The position numbers and the translations under genes were made by a program. A stretch of 64,000 nucleotides of DNA from Octopus bimaculoides (lineage: Eukaryota): contig NC_068981.1 of NCBI RefSeq assembly GCF_001194135.2, positions 197,339,319 to 197,403,318 on the forward strand, in the 5' to 3' direction. This document shows positions 25,128-38,051 of the stretch, in pieces. The notes under the pieces were generated by a model. That model worked only from the letters and a program-made list of their open reading frames with translations, had not been told where the DNA came from and ran no database searches. Each line of letters starts with the position of its first letter. Positions within the stretch are counted from its first letter, which is position 1.

Positions 25128-25520
25128 TAGGTACAGACGTAGCTGTGTGGTGAGAAGTTTGCTTCCCAACCACATGATTCTGGGTTCAGTCCTACTGTGT
25201 GGCACGTTGGGCAAATGTTGCCTCGGGCCACTCAAAGCTTTGTGAGTGGATTTGGTAGATGGAAACTGAAAGAAGCTCATCTTGTATATGACATATCTAT
25301 GCATGTGTTTGTGTCCCCCCCCCCATCCAACTGCTTGACAGCTGGTGTTGGTTTGTTTATGTCCCTGTAACTTAGCAGTCCAGCAAAAGAGACTAATAGA
25401 ATAGGTAGCAGGCTTAAAAAATTTAGTCCTGAGGGTTGATTCATTTGACTAAAGATTCTTCAAGGTGGTGCCCCAGTATGGCCAGAGTCTAATGACAGAA
25501 ACAAGTGAAAAACATAGAAG
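25128..25520 (+). mobile_element. SINE family A
   Basis: Head-body-tail order as in the other family A copies. Confidence 0.8.
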
Positions 25521-25805
25521 ATAAAATTGGGTTTGTTTTTGTTTAATTTTTTTTCTGTGACAGAAGCAAACCAAAAGTTAGAACCATGTTTTGGAACATC
25601 ACAAACTAGAATGATGCTTTCTTCACCATTCGAGTAACATCTGGCCAGTTGAGACTAACATTTCCATGCCTCAAAGGAATATATTTCTCAAGAAAAACTT
25701 GAATAGTAATTAAATAAATTCTTTCTAGAAATATTCCAAGGCCCACATAGAGAGCTATAAATAATAGTACAAGGATTACAAAATTACTATTTTTAAATCT
25801 CACGA

Positions 25806-26102
25806 GAGATATTCAGCAACATTACTTTCGAGTAAAGATTGTTTGCCAACATAACATGGCAGTCCTGGTTTAGGACGAATGTTGCTGTAATTTAGCCCCA
25901 GGAGACATCGTCTCCAGTTGGCTATACGTCATGATTTGTGTCCTTATATTTTCGAAAATATAAGGACACACACTGTGTTCGAATATATAAGGACACAAAT
26001 CGTGTCGTATAGCCAGCTGGAGATGATGTCTCCTGGGGCTACATTACAGCAACATTCGTCCTAAACCAGGACTACCATGTTATGTTGGCAAACAATCTTT
26101 AC
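25806..26102. mobile_element. Second foldback copy of the 13.6-kb arm, with short spacer
   Basis: Same arm sequence in both orientations; central perfect 32-bp palindrome gtgtccttatattttcgaaaatataaggacac (25938-25969). Confidence 0.8.
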
Positions 26103-26787
26103 TACAAGGATTACTGCTTTCAAATTTTGGCATAAGGCCAGCAATTTCGGAGGGAAGTGGGGGAGATCAATTATATTGACCCCCAGAACTCAACTGGTAC
26201 TTATTTTATCAACTCTGAAAGAAAAAAAAGCAAAGTTGACCTTGGCGGAATTTGAACTCAGAAATAACTATAAGTCCTGGTATCGTTTCATTCAACTAAA
26301 AATTCTTCAAGGTGATGCCCCAGCATGGTCACAGCTTGATGACTGGAACAAGTAAAAGATAACGGATATACGCACACATGTTTGAAACATATGCACACAC
26401 ACACACATGCACGCGTGTGCACATGTGCACACACGTTATTTCATTATGTGGCTGATTTATTGAGTACCAGGTGTGTAACGACTATAACACCACCACCACT
26501 GTCAAGTGTGTGTATGTGCACGTGCAAGTGCGAATGTCTGTGTGTGCGTGAGACTTACTTATCTCTGATATGATTCACCAGGGTGGACGTTTTGCTTGTC
26601 CATCACAGATAATCCAGACATGTCATTGTGTTGGTCAGAGAAGCACGGATATCAAACAAGTGGTCATGAAATGTTTAGATTAAAATTAAGATTATTGAAA
26701 GAAAACATTGAAAAGAATAGGAATGTAGTCTGTGTGGGTGGAGCGGGGGGGGGGCGAATCTGATGGAATGAGAAGAAATATTTAAAA

Positions 26788-26930
26788 CAGCAGTTCTCAA
26801 CTGTAACCCCAAGGGCCATATGTAACCCTCAAGCATCTTTCTGGCGTGTTTTACTTTTTTGTAGTGGGGCCTCCTAAGAAGATCAGGGTTTCGGGTATGG
26901 CCCAAACGCTAAAAGGTTGAGAAGTGCCAA
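26788..26930. mobile_element. Possible hAT (Charlie-like) MITE
   Basis: Imperfect termini cagcagttctcaac / gttgagaagtgcc resemble CAGTGGTTCTCAA-type TIRs. Confidence 0.45.
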
Positions 26931-27750
26931 TTCAGAACATACTTGATAGAAACCAATATTTGGAAAAGTCTTGGACAGAACTGAACACAAGAACAGAAAA
27001 ACTTATGTAGACTCGGTGTTCAATGTTGGTGTTGTTGAGCCCTCGGTCAGACCTGATGGAGCATCTATGATCAATGGCAATCCAGCTATGACAATATTGT
27101 CTCTCTTTTTGTCAATCATGGTCTATCTGGGACTACATTATCCAATGTGACTTTCCTGTCATGGCTGTTGTTACTGTTTAACCCTAGGTCAGGCCTCATT
27201 GAGAAGATCTATGTTCAAAAATATCCCACTCATGACCACCTCCATCTAATTTATCTGATCATCCATTAACTGATGCAGTCCTTTCTAAGATGGCAAGGTG
27301 TAATCTAAGGGACATTCGGCTGTGATTTTCAGCAGGTTGCACAGGCAGGGAATGTGCGGTTAAGAAATTTGTTTTGCGGTTTCCAGTTCAATCCCCTTCT
27401 GACACACTTTGACCATGGGTTAGACAGAGGCAGAGGAGTGAAATTCGGCTGATATATGAAGGGTTACAAACATGTAGAAGTTTAAACCACATGAGCAGTA
27501 CAGATACTTAGACTACATGAATGACACATGGCTTTAAACTAAATGACTTGAGAAAGGTTTTGCTCTATAATACTGAACGGAAGGCAATCAGTGTGAATTT
27601 TGCATTATCAGTAGCAGACTATGTAGGAATGGCCACCTGTTGTCGGTGGTACCATGTCATCTGGGAATATTTAACCTCAAATGAAAGCTTTCTCAATTTT
27701 CCACATCTGAACTGTGGCTAATTATGGCTTGTGTATGTGTATGTGTATGT

Positions 27751-27782
<32 letters not shown>

Positions 27783-28294
27783 TTGATTCACCATGGTGAA
27801 TGTTTTGCTCATCTATCACACATAATCCAGACATGTCGTTGTGTGGTCTTCATTGTTCTTTAATTAATTTATTAATCCAACAATGACTGCAGTTTATTAT
27901 TAATTGATGCTTAACCTCATCCATCGCTCTTGTCTCCTTTGAACATGGGTGTGGCCCAGTTATATTGAATGTGTTAAACAATAATATTGGTTTCAAATTC
28001 TGGCACAAGGCCAGCAATTTTAGGGGAGGGGGTGAAGTCAATTACTTTGACCCCACTTCTCAACTGGTACTTATTTAATCGACCTCCGAAAGAGATGAAA
28101 GGCAAAGTCGACCTCAGCAGGATTTGAACTCAGAACATAAAGACATGAATCACTGCCAAGTGTTCTGTCCATGATGCTAACGATTCTGCCAAATCACTGC
28201 CTTGAAGGACTGTATTTTAATTTGTCTGACACTAACGATTCTACTAAACAACCACCTTCTATCATAACAATTATTAACACAGAATTTCATTGCA

Positions 28295-28534
28295 CACAGA
28301 CATGTTCATTTACGCTCTTTTACTTGTTTCAGTCATTTGACTGCGGCCATGCTGGAGCACCACCCTTAGTCGAACAAACTGACCCCAGGACTTATTCTTT
28401 CTAAGCCTAGTACTAAGTCTATCGGTCACTTTTGCCGAGCCACTAAGTTATAGGGATATAAACACACCAACATTGGTCATCAAGCGATGGTGGGGGCGGA
28501 GAAATACAGACACACAAATGCATACACACACACG

Positions 28535-28576
<42 letters not shown>

Positions 28577-28970
28577 CGATGTCTACCAAATCCACTCACA
28601 AGGCTTTGATCGGCCTGAGGCTATAGTAGAAAATGCTTGCCCAAGGTGCCATGCAGTAGGACTGAACTCGGAACCATGTGGTTAGTAAGCAAGCTTCTTA
28701 TTTCTTTATTGCCCGCAAGGGGCTAAACATAGAGGGGACAAACAAGGACAGACAGAGGGATTATTAAGTCGATTACATCGACTCCGGTGCATAACTGGTA
28801 CTTAATTTATTGACCCCGAAAGGATGAAAGGCAAAGTCGACCTTGGTGGAATTTGAACTCAGAACGTAACGGCAGACGAAATACCGCTAAGCATTTTCGC
28901 CCGGTGTGCTAACGTTTCTGCCAGCTCACCACCTTTCTTACCACACAGCCACCCCTGTGCCTATAAAGTC
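28295..28970 (-). mobile_element. SINE family A with a nested family B SINE at 28701-28934
   Basis: The family A head is split; the insert is flanked by the direct repeat ttctta (28695-28700, 28935-28940). Confidence 0.85.
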
Positions 28971-29722
28971 ACCCCTACACCTATATTCACACGCATTTCT
29001 TTACATATAATTTTTTTCATTTTCTGAAAAAAGAATGTGTGTGATTGTAAATTTCTTGGAAAAACAGCTATTTGCATATTTGTCAGTAGAAAGAGAAACT
29101 TAGCCACAAGTTTGTTTTCATATCATTACAATGGAACTCTCAAAAGGGTAAATAAACAGAAGAAATCAAATACTACAAAGAAACAACAAAATTCCAACCA
29201 AAACATGGAAATATGAAAAAAGAACATATGTTGCAATCTGCCACAAAACAAGCAAAAGTCTTTACAGTAAAAAAACAGATTTCAACTGTTACGGAAACAG
29301 TTTCCTCCTGAACAGAAATACGACAAACTTTGAAATAATGACAACATGAAAGTCTTCTTTTCTTCCATCAATAACTTCTCTCAAATGAGAGCAAATTCCA
29401 AGCAAGTAAAACGGAAATACTGAACTAAAATCCTGTTGACAATGATGTAAATAATTATAATTTCAGTAACAGAAACACTTGCCCTCCATTGGTAAAATGT
29501 TTTACTAAAGACCAGGCTAAGTGACCTCTTCACACTTGTCTTCTCTAACTACTTAAATGGCATTACTAAAAGCAGCAAGCATATTTGTCTTTGAATATCT
29601 GAGGATCCTCACAGCACCATTTGAAAGGACCCCCACCTCATCATGTGATTAGCAGGAATCATTTTTGTCCTACAGAGCACGATTTGCACATACACACAAC
29701 ACAGATTCGAAATTTCCCCCAA

Positions 29723-29768
29723 GACACCTGATGAAGGCTGGAGAGTTTATCAGTCGAAACGTTGTGTT
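29723..29768 (+). ncRNA. Minimal type I hammerhead motif (same family as the 14.5-15.0 kb arms)
   Basis: GACAC-CUGAUGA-A-GGCUGG/UCAGUC-GAAA-CG-UU-GUGUU: 5-bp stem I, stem II with two G-U pairs, palindromic ACGU stem III, GUU site. Confidence 0.6.
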
Positions 29769-32467
29769 AACAACAAACAAGATGAGGACAAATATCCGTC
29801 AAATGTAAATAAAGTAAATAATGGAAAAGGGATTTTAAATGATGATGATGATGATGATGATGTTGAATTTCATACAGAACAATATGATGGCAAGAAACAC
29901 AACAAAGGCCAGCAACATCAAAATCCCTTATTCACCAAAAGTTAGGGACTGTAGGAATAATACCAATTCTGTAGGTGGTGCTGCTCCATCATGGCCACAG
30001 ATCTTAGGCTGGAACTATAGAAAAGGAGGAATCTACCACTGAAATATCTTGATTTCTTTTTTTATATGAAATTAGAGACTATCCTCTTTCTTCTTACTCT
30101 TTTACTTGTTTCAGTCATTTGACTGTGGCCATGCTGGAGCACCACCTTTAGTCAAGCAAACCGACCCCAGGACTTATTCTTTGTAAACCTAGTACTTATT
30201 CTATCGGTCTCTTTTGCCGAACCACTAAGTTACGGGGACGTAAACACACCAGCATCGGTTGTCAAGCGATGTTGGGGGAACAAACACAGACACACATCAT
30301 CATCATCATCATCATCGTTTAACATCCGCTTTCCATGCTAGCATGGGTTGGACGATTTGACTGAGGACTGGTGAAACCGGATGGCAACACCAGGCTCCAG
30401 TCNNNNNNNNNNNNNNNNNNNNNNNNNNNNNNNNNNNNNNNNNNNNNNNNNNNNNNNNNNNNNNNNNNNNNNNNNNNNNNNNNNNNNNNNNNNNNNNNNN
30501 NNNNNNNNNNNNNNNNNNNNNNNNNNNNNNNNNNNNNNNNNNNNNNNNNNNNNNNNNNNNNNNNNNNNNNNNNNNNNNNNNNNNNNNNNNNNNNNNNNNN
30601 NNNNNNNNNNNNNNNNNNNNNNNNNNNNNNNNNNNNNNNNNNNNNNNNNNNNNNNNNNNNNNNNNNNNNNNNNNNNNNNNNNNNNNNNNNNNNNNNNNNN
30701 NNNNNNNNNNNNNNNNNNNNNNNNNNNNNNNNNNNNNNNNNNNNNNNNNNNNNNNNNNNNNNNNNNNNNNNNNNNNNNNNNNNNNNNNNNNNNNNNNNNN
30801 NNNNNNNNNNNNNNNNNNNNNNNNNNNNNNNNNNNNNNNNNNNNNNNNNNNNNNNNNNNNNNNNNNNNNNNNNNNNNNNNNNNNNNNNNNNNNNNNNNNN
30901 NNNNNNNNNNNNNNNNNNNNNNNNNNNNNNNNNNNNNNNNNNNNNNNNNNNNNNNNNNNNNNNNNNNNNNNNNNNNNNNNNNNNNNNNNNNNNNNNNNNN
31001 NNNNNNNNNNNNNNNNNNNNNNNNNNNNNNNNNNNNNNNNNNNNNNNNNNNNNNNNNNNNNNNNNNNNNNNNNNNNNNNNNNNNNNNNNNNNNNNNNNNN
31101 NNNNNNNNNNNNNNNNNNNNNNNNNNNNNNNNNNNNNNNNNNNNNNNNNNNNNNNNNNNNNNNNNNNNNNNNNNNNNNNNNNNNNNNNNNNNNNNNNNNN
31201 NNNNNNNNNNNNNNNNNNNNNNNNNNNNNNNNNNNNNNNNNNNNNNNNNNNNNNNNNNNNNNNNNNNNNNNNNNNNNNNNNNNNNNNNNNNNNNNTATTA
31301 AATATGGTTTCTCTTTAAAGTGTATCTCATAAGAACACAGAACACTTTATTCGTTAAGTACGTGAGAACAATAATTATCTGTCCAATAGAGTCGGCCATC
31401 AACAGCTGCACCCACTCCTCTTTTCAAAAGTCACTGGAATTCGTCTCTTCCTTTTTTTTTTTTTTGGGCAGCCATTGTTTTACACTCTTCAAGATGAGTC
31501 ATGACAACCAATTGCAATTAGAGGACATTTCCTTCTATGCGCCCCCCCCTTCTAATTGCTACTTGAAGCAACGATAGTCTCTCTATGAAAGAAACTCAAC
31601 TTGCTAGAAGCAACAGCTAAATCTCCCTAAAATCACACTTGTAACAGCAATCAAAAGGTCACAAACATCAGTTGTTATCTGTAAGGGCCCTGCATCTGTC
31701 AAAAATTTCACAATTCCCCAAATTTCCCAACATTAGTCCTGACATGCCCATCCACCCTTTCCTCTTTATGACTCTTTTAATATTCATTTTCCTATCTTTT
31801 TCTGCTAAATTCTGTGTTCTGTGTCTCTGCTTTTTACCTTTCACTGTTGTCTTTCTTTCTTTGACTTATTAAGGGCTCTTTTCTGTCCCCTCTTTTCACC
31901 TTTTCGGATGAGTTGTGTACCTGAGCATTATATGTAATCAGCTCATTATCATTAATTAGAATGTAATGCAGCTACGTTGGTCCTGAGAAAAGATTAGAGG
32001 GTCATAGTTGGAGGGCTTTCAATTGTTAGTCAGCTTGATCAAGTCAGACTCAGGGTAATACAACAGGTTTTGGAAATTCTCCAAAATCAAAGCAACACAA
32101 AACAAACTGTCAGCGAAAATTAATAAACTGAAAAATACCTGAGAGGTTCAAAAAGAGAGAAAGAATGATTTCTAATAAAGATTCATGATATTCATAAAAA
32201 ATAGTAGTTGAAAAATATCGTTATAGGTTTAAATATACCACAAACAAGTATTAAAAAAATGGAGGAGACAAAAAAGATTTTGAGTCAAAATTTTGTATTA
32301 AATCTAATTTTGATTCAACATCTTTTTCTCCTCCATTTTTCTATAATTGTTTATGGTATTTTTATAACTATAATGATATTTTTCAACTCTCTCTCTCTCT
32401 ATCTATATATATATCTATATATATATATATATCTATATATCTATATATATATATATATATATATATA

Positions 32468-33444
32468 CTAGCAGAAATACCGGGCTTTGGCCGGGTTAAA
32501 GAGAATAATGAAATCTAAAAACGCCGTCTAGACTACGCNNNNNNNNNNNNNNNNNNNNNNNNNNNNNNNNNNNNNNNNNNNNNNNNNNNNNNNNNNNNNN
32601 NNNNNNNNNNNNNNNNNNNNNNNNNNNNNNNNNNNNNNNNNNNNNNNNNNNNNNNNNNNNNNNNNNNNNNNNNNNNNNNNNNNNNNNNNNNNNNNNNNNN
32701 NNNNNNNNNNNNNNNNNNNNNNNNNNNNNNNNNNNNNNNNNNNNNNNNNNNNNNNNNNNNNNNNNNNNNNNNNNNNNNNNNNNNNNNNNNNNNNNNNNNN
32801 NNNNNNNNNNNNNNNNNNNNNNNNNNNNNNNNNNNNNNNNNNNNNNNNNNNNNNNNNNNNNNNNNNNNNNNNNNNNNNNNNNNNNNNNNNNNNNNNNNNN
32901 NNNNNNNNNNNNNNNNNNNNNNNNNNNNNNNNNNNNNNNNNNNNNNNNNNNNNNNNNNNNNNNNNNNNNNNNNNNNNNNNNNNNNNNNNNNNNNNNNNNN
33001 NNNNNNNNNNNNNNNNNNNNNNNNNNNNNNNNNNNNNNNNNNNNNNNNNNNNNNNNNNNNNNNNNNNNNNNNNNNNNNNNATACGTGTACATATACATGT
33101 ATATGTATACATCTCTCTCTCTCTCTCTCTGAAAGTATCTGTCATTACAGTATCGAAATGTGATTGTTTCAGTTAGTAGAATAGTTTCATTTTTAAAGTG
33201 AAAGTATTTGACATGAGTGTTTTTGTTTCACTTTTGACACGTAATACTTAAATAGTGGAGGAGATATTATGTTGCCGTGGGCTCGAACTCTGCAAGAAGT
33301 TAAAAAAGTTTTTGACTAAAACACAACTGGAACCCTAAGTAAGGCATCTGTAAAATTTGAATGAAATTGGTTGCGTAGTTCTCGAGTTTTAGGGATTCAC
33401 ACAGACAGACAGACACACATTCTCATTTTTATATATATAGAAGA
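32468..33444 (-). mobile_element. Non-autonomous Helitron (interior in a gap)
   Basis: Minus strand: A|TCTTCTATATATATAAAA... 5' end; 3' hairpin cccggccaaagcccgg followed by CTAG|T. Confidence 0.8.
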
Positions 33445-35188
33445 TATATCATCATCATCATCATCATCACTGTTGTCGTTGTCATTGTTTAGCGTCTGTT
33501 ATCCCTGCTGACATGGACTGTATGGTTTGACGTGGAGTTGGCCAGCCCAGGGAGCTGTCCAGGCTCCCCTTGTATGTTGTGGCATGGTCTCCTACAGCTG
33601 GATGGCGTTCCTAACATGCCAACCCCTTTGCAGAGTGTTCTGGGTGCATTATATGTGTATCCATATCTATGTGTGTGTCTTTGTGTCTGTGTTTGTAACT
33701 CCATCACCACCACCACCACCACCACTTGGCAACCAGTGTTGGTGTGTTTACATCCCCATAACTTAGCAGTTCAGCAAAAGAGACCAAAAGAATTAATACC
33801 AGGCTTAAAAAAAAAAAAAAGGTACTGGGGTTGATTCATCTAACTAAAAATCCTTCAAGGTGGTGCCCCAGCATGGCCACAGTCAAATGACTGAAACAAG
33901 AAAATGATAAAGACCACATCGATACTGACAGAATGAAAGGACCACAAAGGTCACTAACACTCCCCCCACACTCATTTACAACTAATTAATTAAATCTGGT
34001 CGATTCCTGCAGGTAAAGAGCTTCGCCCCCCCCACCATCATCAAACCAACCGAGGGTCAAAAACATTCCACCCATGACCATCCCACCTTTATAAGTATCT
34101 GTGATTAGATTGTCCAATGCNNNNNNNNNNNNNNNNNNNNNNNNNNNNNNNNNNNNNNNNNNNNNNNNNNNNNNNNNNNNNNNNNNNNNNNNNNNNNNNN
34201 NNNNNNNNNNNNNNNNNNNNNNNNNNNNNNNNNNNNNNNNNNNNNNNNNNNNNNNNNNNNNNNNNNNNNNNNNNNNNNNNNNNNNNNNNNNNNNNNNNNN
34301 NNNNNNNNNNNNNNNNNNNNNNNNNNNNNNNNNNNNNNNNNNNNNNNNNNNNNNNNNNNNNNNNNNNNNNNNNNNNNNNNNNNNNNNNNNNNNNNNNNNN
34401 NNNNNNNNNNNNNNNNNNNNNNNNNNNNNNNNNNNNNNNNNNNNNNNNNNNNNNNNNNNNNNNNNNNNNNNNNNNNNNNNNNNNNNNNNNNNNNNNNNNN
34501 NNNNNNNNNNNNNNNNNNNNNNNNNNNNNNNNNNNNNNNNNNNNNNNNNNNNNNNNNNNNNNNNNNNNNNNNNNNNNNNNNNNNNNNNNNNNNNNNNNNN
34601 NNNNNNNNNNNNNNNNNNNNNNNNNNNNNNNNNNNNNNNNNNNNNNNNNNNNNNNNNNNNNNNNNNNNNNNNNNNNNNNNNNNNNNNNNNNNNNNNNNNN
34701 NNNNNNNNNNNNNNNNNNNNNNNNNNNNNNNNNNNNNNNNNNNNNNNNNNNNNNNNNNNNNNNNNNNNNNNNNNNNNNNNNNNNNNNNNNNNNNNNNNNN
34801 NNNNNNNNNNNNNNNNNNNNNNNNNNNNNNNNNNNNNNNNNNNNNNNNNNNNNNNNNNNNNNNNNNNNNNNNNNNNNNNNNNNNNNNNNNNNNNNNNNNN
34901 NNNNNNNNNNNNNNNNNNNNNNNNNNNNNNNNNNNNNNNNNNNNNNNNNNNNNNNNNNNNNNNNNNNNNNNNNNNNNNNNNNNNNNNNNNNNNNNNNNNN
35001 NNNNNNNNNNNNNNNNNNNNNNNNNNNNNNNNNNNNNNNNNNNNNNNNNNNNNNNNNNNNNNNTGGAAAGAAGACACTTTTAAAAAATCAGAGAGACAAA
35101 CAGACAAAGAGAAAGAGATTAAACAACACTTTACATGGTTTTTGAAACACCATTTTATATATCAACATCATCATCATCATCATCATAA

Positions 35189-35586
35189 GTGCAGGAGCGG
35201 CTGTGTGGTATGTAGCTTGCTTACCAACCACATGGTTCCGGGTTCAGTCCCATTGCGTGGCACTTTGGGCAAGTGTCTTCTACTATAGCCTCGGGCCGAC
35301 CAAAGCCTTGTGAGTGGATTTGGTAGACGGAAACAGAAAGAAGCCTGTCATATATAATTGTATATATATGTGTGTGTTTGTGTGTCTGTGTTTGTCCCCG
35401 AACATCGCTTGACATGCGATGCTGGTGTGTTTACGTCTCCGTAACTTAGCGGTTCGGCAAAAAGAAGCCAACAGAATAAGTATTAGGATTAGAAAAGAAT
35501 AAGTCCTGGGGTCGATTTGCTCGACTAAAGGCAGTGCTCCAGCATGGCCACAGTCAAATGACTGAAACAAGTAAAAGAATAAAAGA
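35189..35586 (+). mobile_element. SINE family A, near-consensus full-length copy
   Basis: Complete head, body and tail, with many CpGs retained. Confidence 0.88.
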
Positions 35587-36297
35587 AAATCATCGTTGTT
35601 TAATGTCTGTCTTCCATGCTGGCATGGGTGGAATGGTTTGACAGGAGCTGGCTCGGCAGGAGCCTGCATCAGTCTTCTGTGACTGTTTTGGCAGGGTTTT
35701 TACAGCTGGATGCCCTTCCTAACACCAACCACTCAACAGAATGGACTTAGTGCTTTTTAAGTGGCACCTGCACTGACAAGGTCACCAAGTACCTTGCAAG
35801 ACAAAGAAAAAAATGGAAAATGGAAAGAAGCTGAGAGATTATGAAAAATTCTAAATCTACAGAGAAAAACCAGATTTAACCAATAATTTCTGTTATACTG
35901 AGACGATTCCAGACAATATTTTCTTTGAAGAATTTCTACCTTTCTACTCTCCTCCCCTACCACCTTCCCCAATTTACCATCCCAAGATTGGATCAGAGAT
36001 ATTCAGGGGTTGGTATGATGTAATGAACTGTTCCAGAGATAAATCAAAGAGAAACAGTGTTATCATCATCATCAACATATTATTATTAGCATTATTATTA
36101 TTATTATTAAGGTGGGGAGTTGGCAGAGTCATTAGGACACTGGATGAAATGCTTAGTGGTATTTTGCCCATTGTTTCATTCTGAGTTCAAATTCCTCCAA
36201 GGAGTCAATAAATAAAGTACCATTGAAACACTGGGGTCAATATAATCCACTAGTTCCTCCCCACAAAATTTCAGGCCTTCTGTCTATAATAGAAAGG

Positions 36298-36330
<33 letters not shown>

Positions 36331-36566
36331 ATCATTGTAATTATTATTAAGGCAGTGAGCTGGCAGAATCGTTAGCACTCTGGACGAAATGCTTAGTGGT
36401 ATTTCATCAGTTTTTATGTTCTGAATTCAAATTCCGTTGAGGTCGACTTTGCCTTTCATCCTTTCGGGGTCGATAAATTAAGTACCAGTTATGCACTGAG
36501 ATCAATATGATCAACTTATCCCCTGCCCCCAAATTTCAGGCATTGAGTCTTTAATCAAAAGGATTA

Positions 36567-36960
36567 TTCATCATCATCATCATCATCATTGTTTAACGTC
36601 CGCTTTCCATGCTAGCATGGGTTGGACGATTTGACTGAGGACTGGCGAAGCAGATGGCTACACCAGGCTCCAATCTAATTTGGCAGAATTTCTACAGCTG
36701 GATGCCCTTCATAATGCCAACCACTCCAAGAGTGTAGTCGGTGCTTTTATGTGCCACCCGCACGAGGGCCAGTCTAGCGGTACTGGCAACGGCCACGCTC
36801 AAAATGGTGTTTTGTACATGCCACCTGCACAGGAGCCAGTCCAGCGGCACTGGCAACGACCTCGCTCGAATGTTTTTTTACGTGCCACCGGCACAGGTGC
36901 CAGACAAGCTGGCATTGACCACGATCAGTTGGTGCCTTTTACGTGCCACCGGCACCGGGG
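36567..36960 (-). mobile_element. RTE 3'UTR fragment with ~60-bp internal tandem units
   Basis: (CAT)n tail, then about four units beginning ttttaYgtgccacc.gcac. Confidence 0.8.
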
Positions 36961-37227
36961 TCACAACTACAATTTCCATTTCATTGGAAAAATGCTTTCA
37001 CCGCAAATTCTGATACAATTGGAATCTATACCATATGAAACATATTTATAGAAAACGTCATTTAAAGAAATTCATTTTTTTGGGAAGTTATGAGGAAACA
37101 AAGTCAAGGGGTGGGAGGCACATTTGTGTAGGTATGCCAAAAGTTTTAACATGTAAGCCATATTTTTCTTTTTTAAAAGGAAAATAAAAAAAAAGAGTGA
37201 TAATTAGACAGAAAGAGAAATACTTAC

Positions 37228-37242
37228 AGGAGAAATAAGGAT
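37228..37242 (-). other. Candidate 15-nt micro-exon (ATCCTTATTTCTCCT)
   Basis: Pyrimidine-rich acceptor ...tttttggatatattttag and consensus donor gtaagt; length divisible by 3. Splice-signal evidence only. Confidence 0.25.
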
Positions 37243-37756
37243 CTAAAATATATCCAAAAATCAAAAGCAGAATGTCAGAAACCAATTCTCAGAGAATACA
37301 TCCATGTAATTGCTATTATTATAATTATAATTATAATTATTAACAAAAGCTGTAGCTTCTTTTGTTTTATAAAGCTGTTAACTCATGCAGAAGCTCAAAA
37401 ACTGAACACAACGTCAGGAGAAGCTAATCACACTTCTGTGACTACAGAGTTTAATTCGATCCTATTTTGTAAAAACCTGCAGGTATGTCAGAGAGAGAGA
37501 ACATATTTTATAGGAGTGGGCTAGGAGGGAGGGAGACAGAAAAAGTAACACAGGTAATAGCAGATGTGGACAATAAAGGCCAGAATAGATTTTAACAATG
37601 CCAACAGGATATCGTAGAAGGAAGTGAAATCCTTAAAAAAGCTTTTCCGTCTGATGGTTCCCTTAAATACAAACACAACTATTATTTTATGACACTGGCT
37701 TGCATTACCTACCCATGACAACACATTTACTGTCACTGGTTGGTTGGGGGGGGTGC

Positions 37757-37836
<80 letters not shown>

Positions 37837-37947
37837 TATTAATGGTTTCTTGTTAGGAAACCAATAGAATTTATGCAGGGCTGTAATGAGAAGTGGTCGG
37901 AATAATTGAGACAAGGGTAAAAATATTAGTTATAGAATAAAAACACA

Positions 37948-38051
37948 GGGTTAACGGCTCAACATATCACCCCCCCCTTATGTTTGACGGGTTATGTTGT
38001 ATATCTTATATATGTTCAATGAGGGCGTGTGATATGTTGAGTCGTTAACCC
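37948..38051. mobile_element. Small MITE/foldback with 23-bp inverted termini
   Basis: gggttaacggctcaacatatcac versus gtgatatgttgagtcgttaaccc, 1 mismatch. Confidence 0.7.

Noticed and set aside
30371-35288. Long ORFs of 300-395 aa in the ORF track
   Set aside because: They consist almost entirely of N-gap residues.
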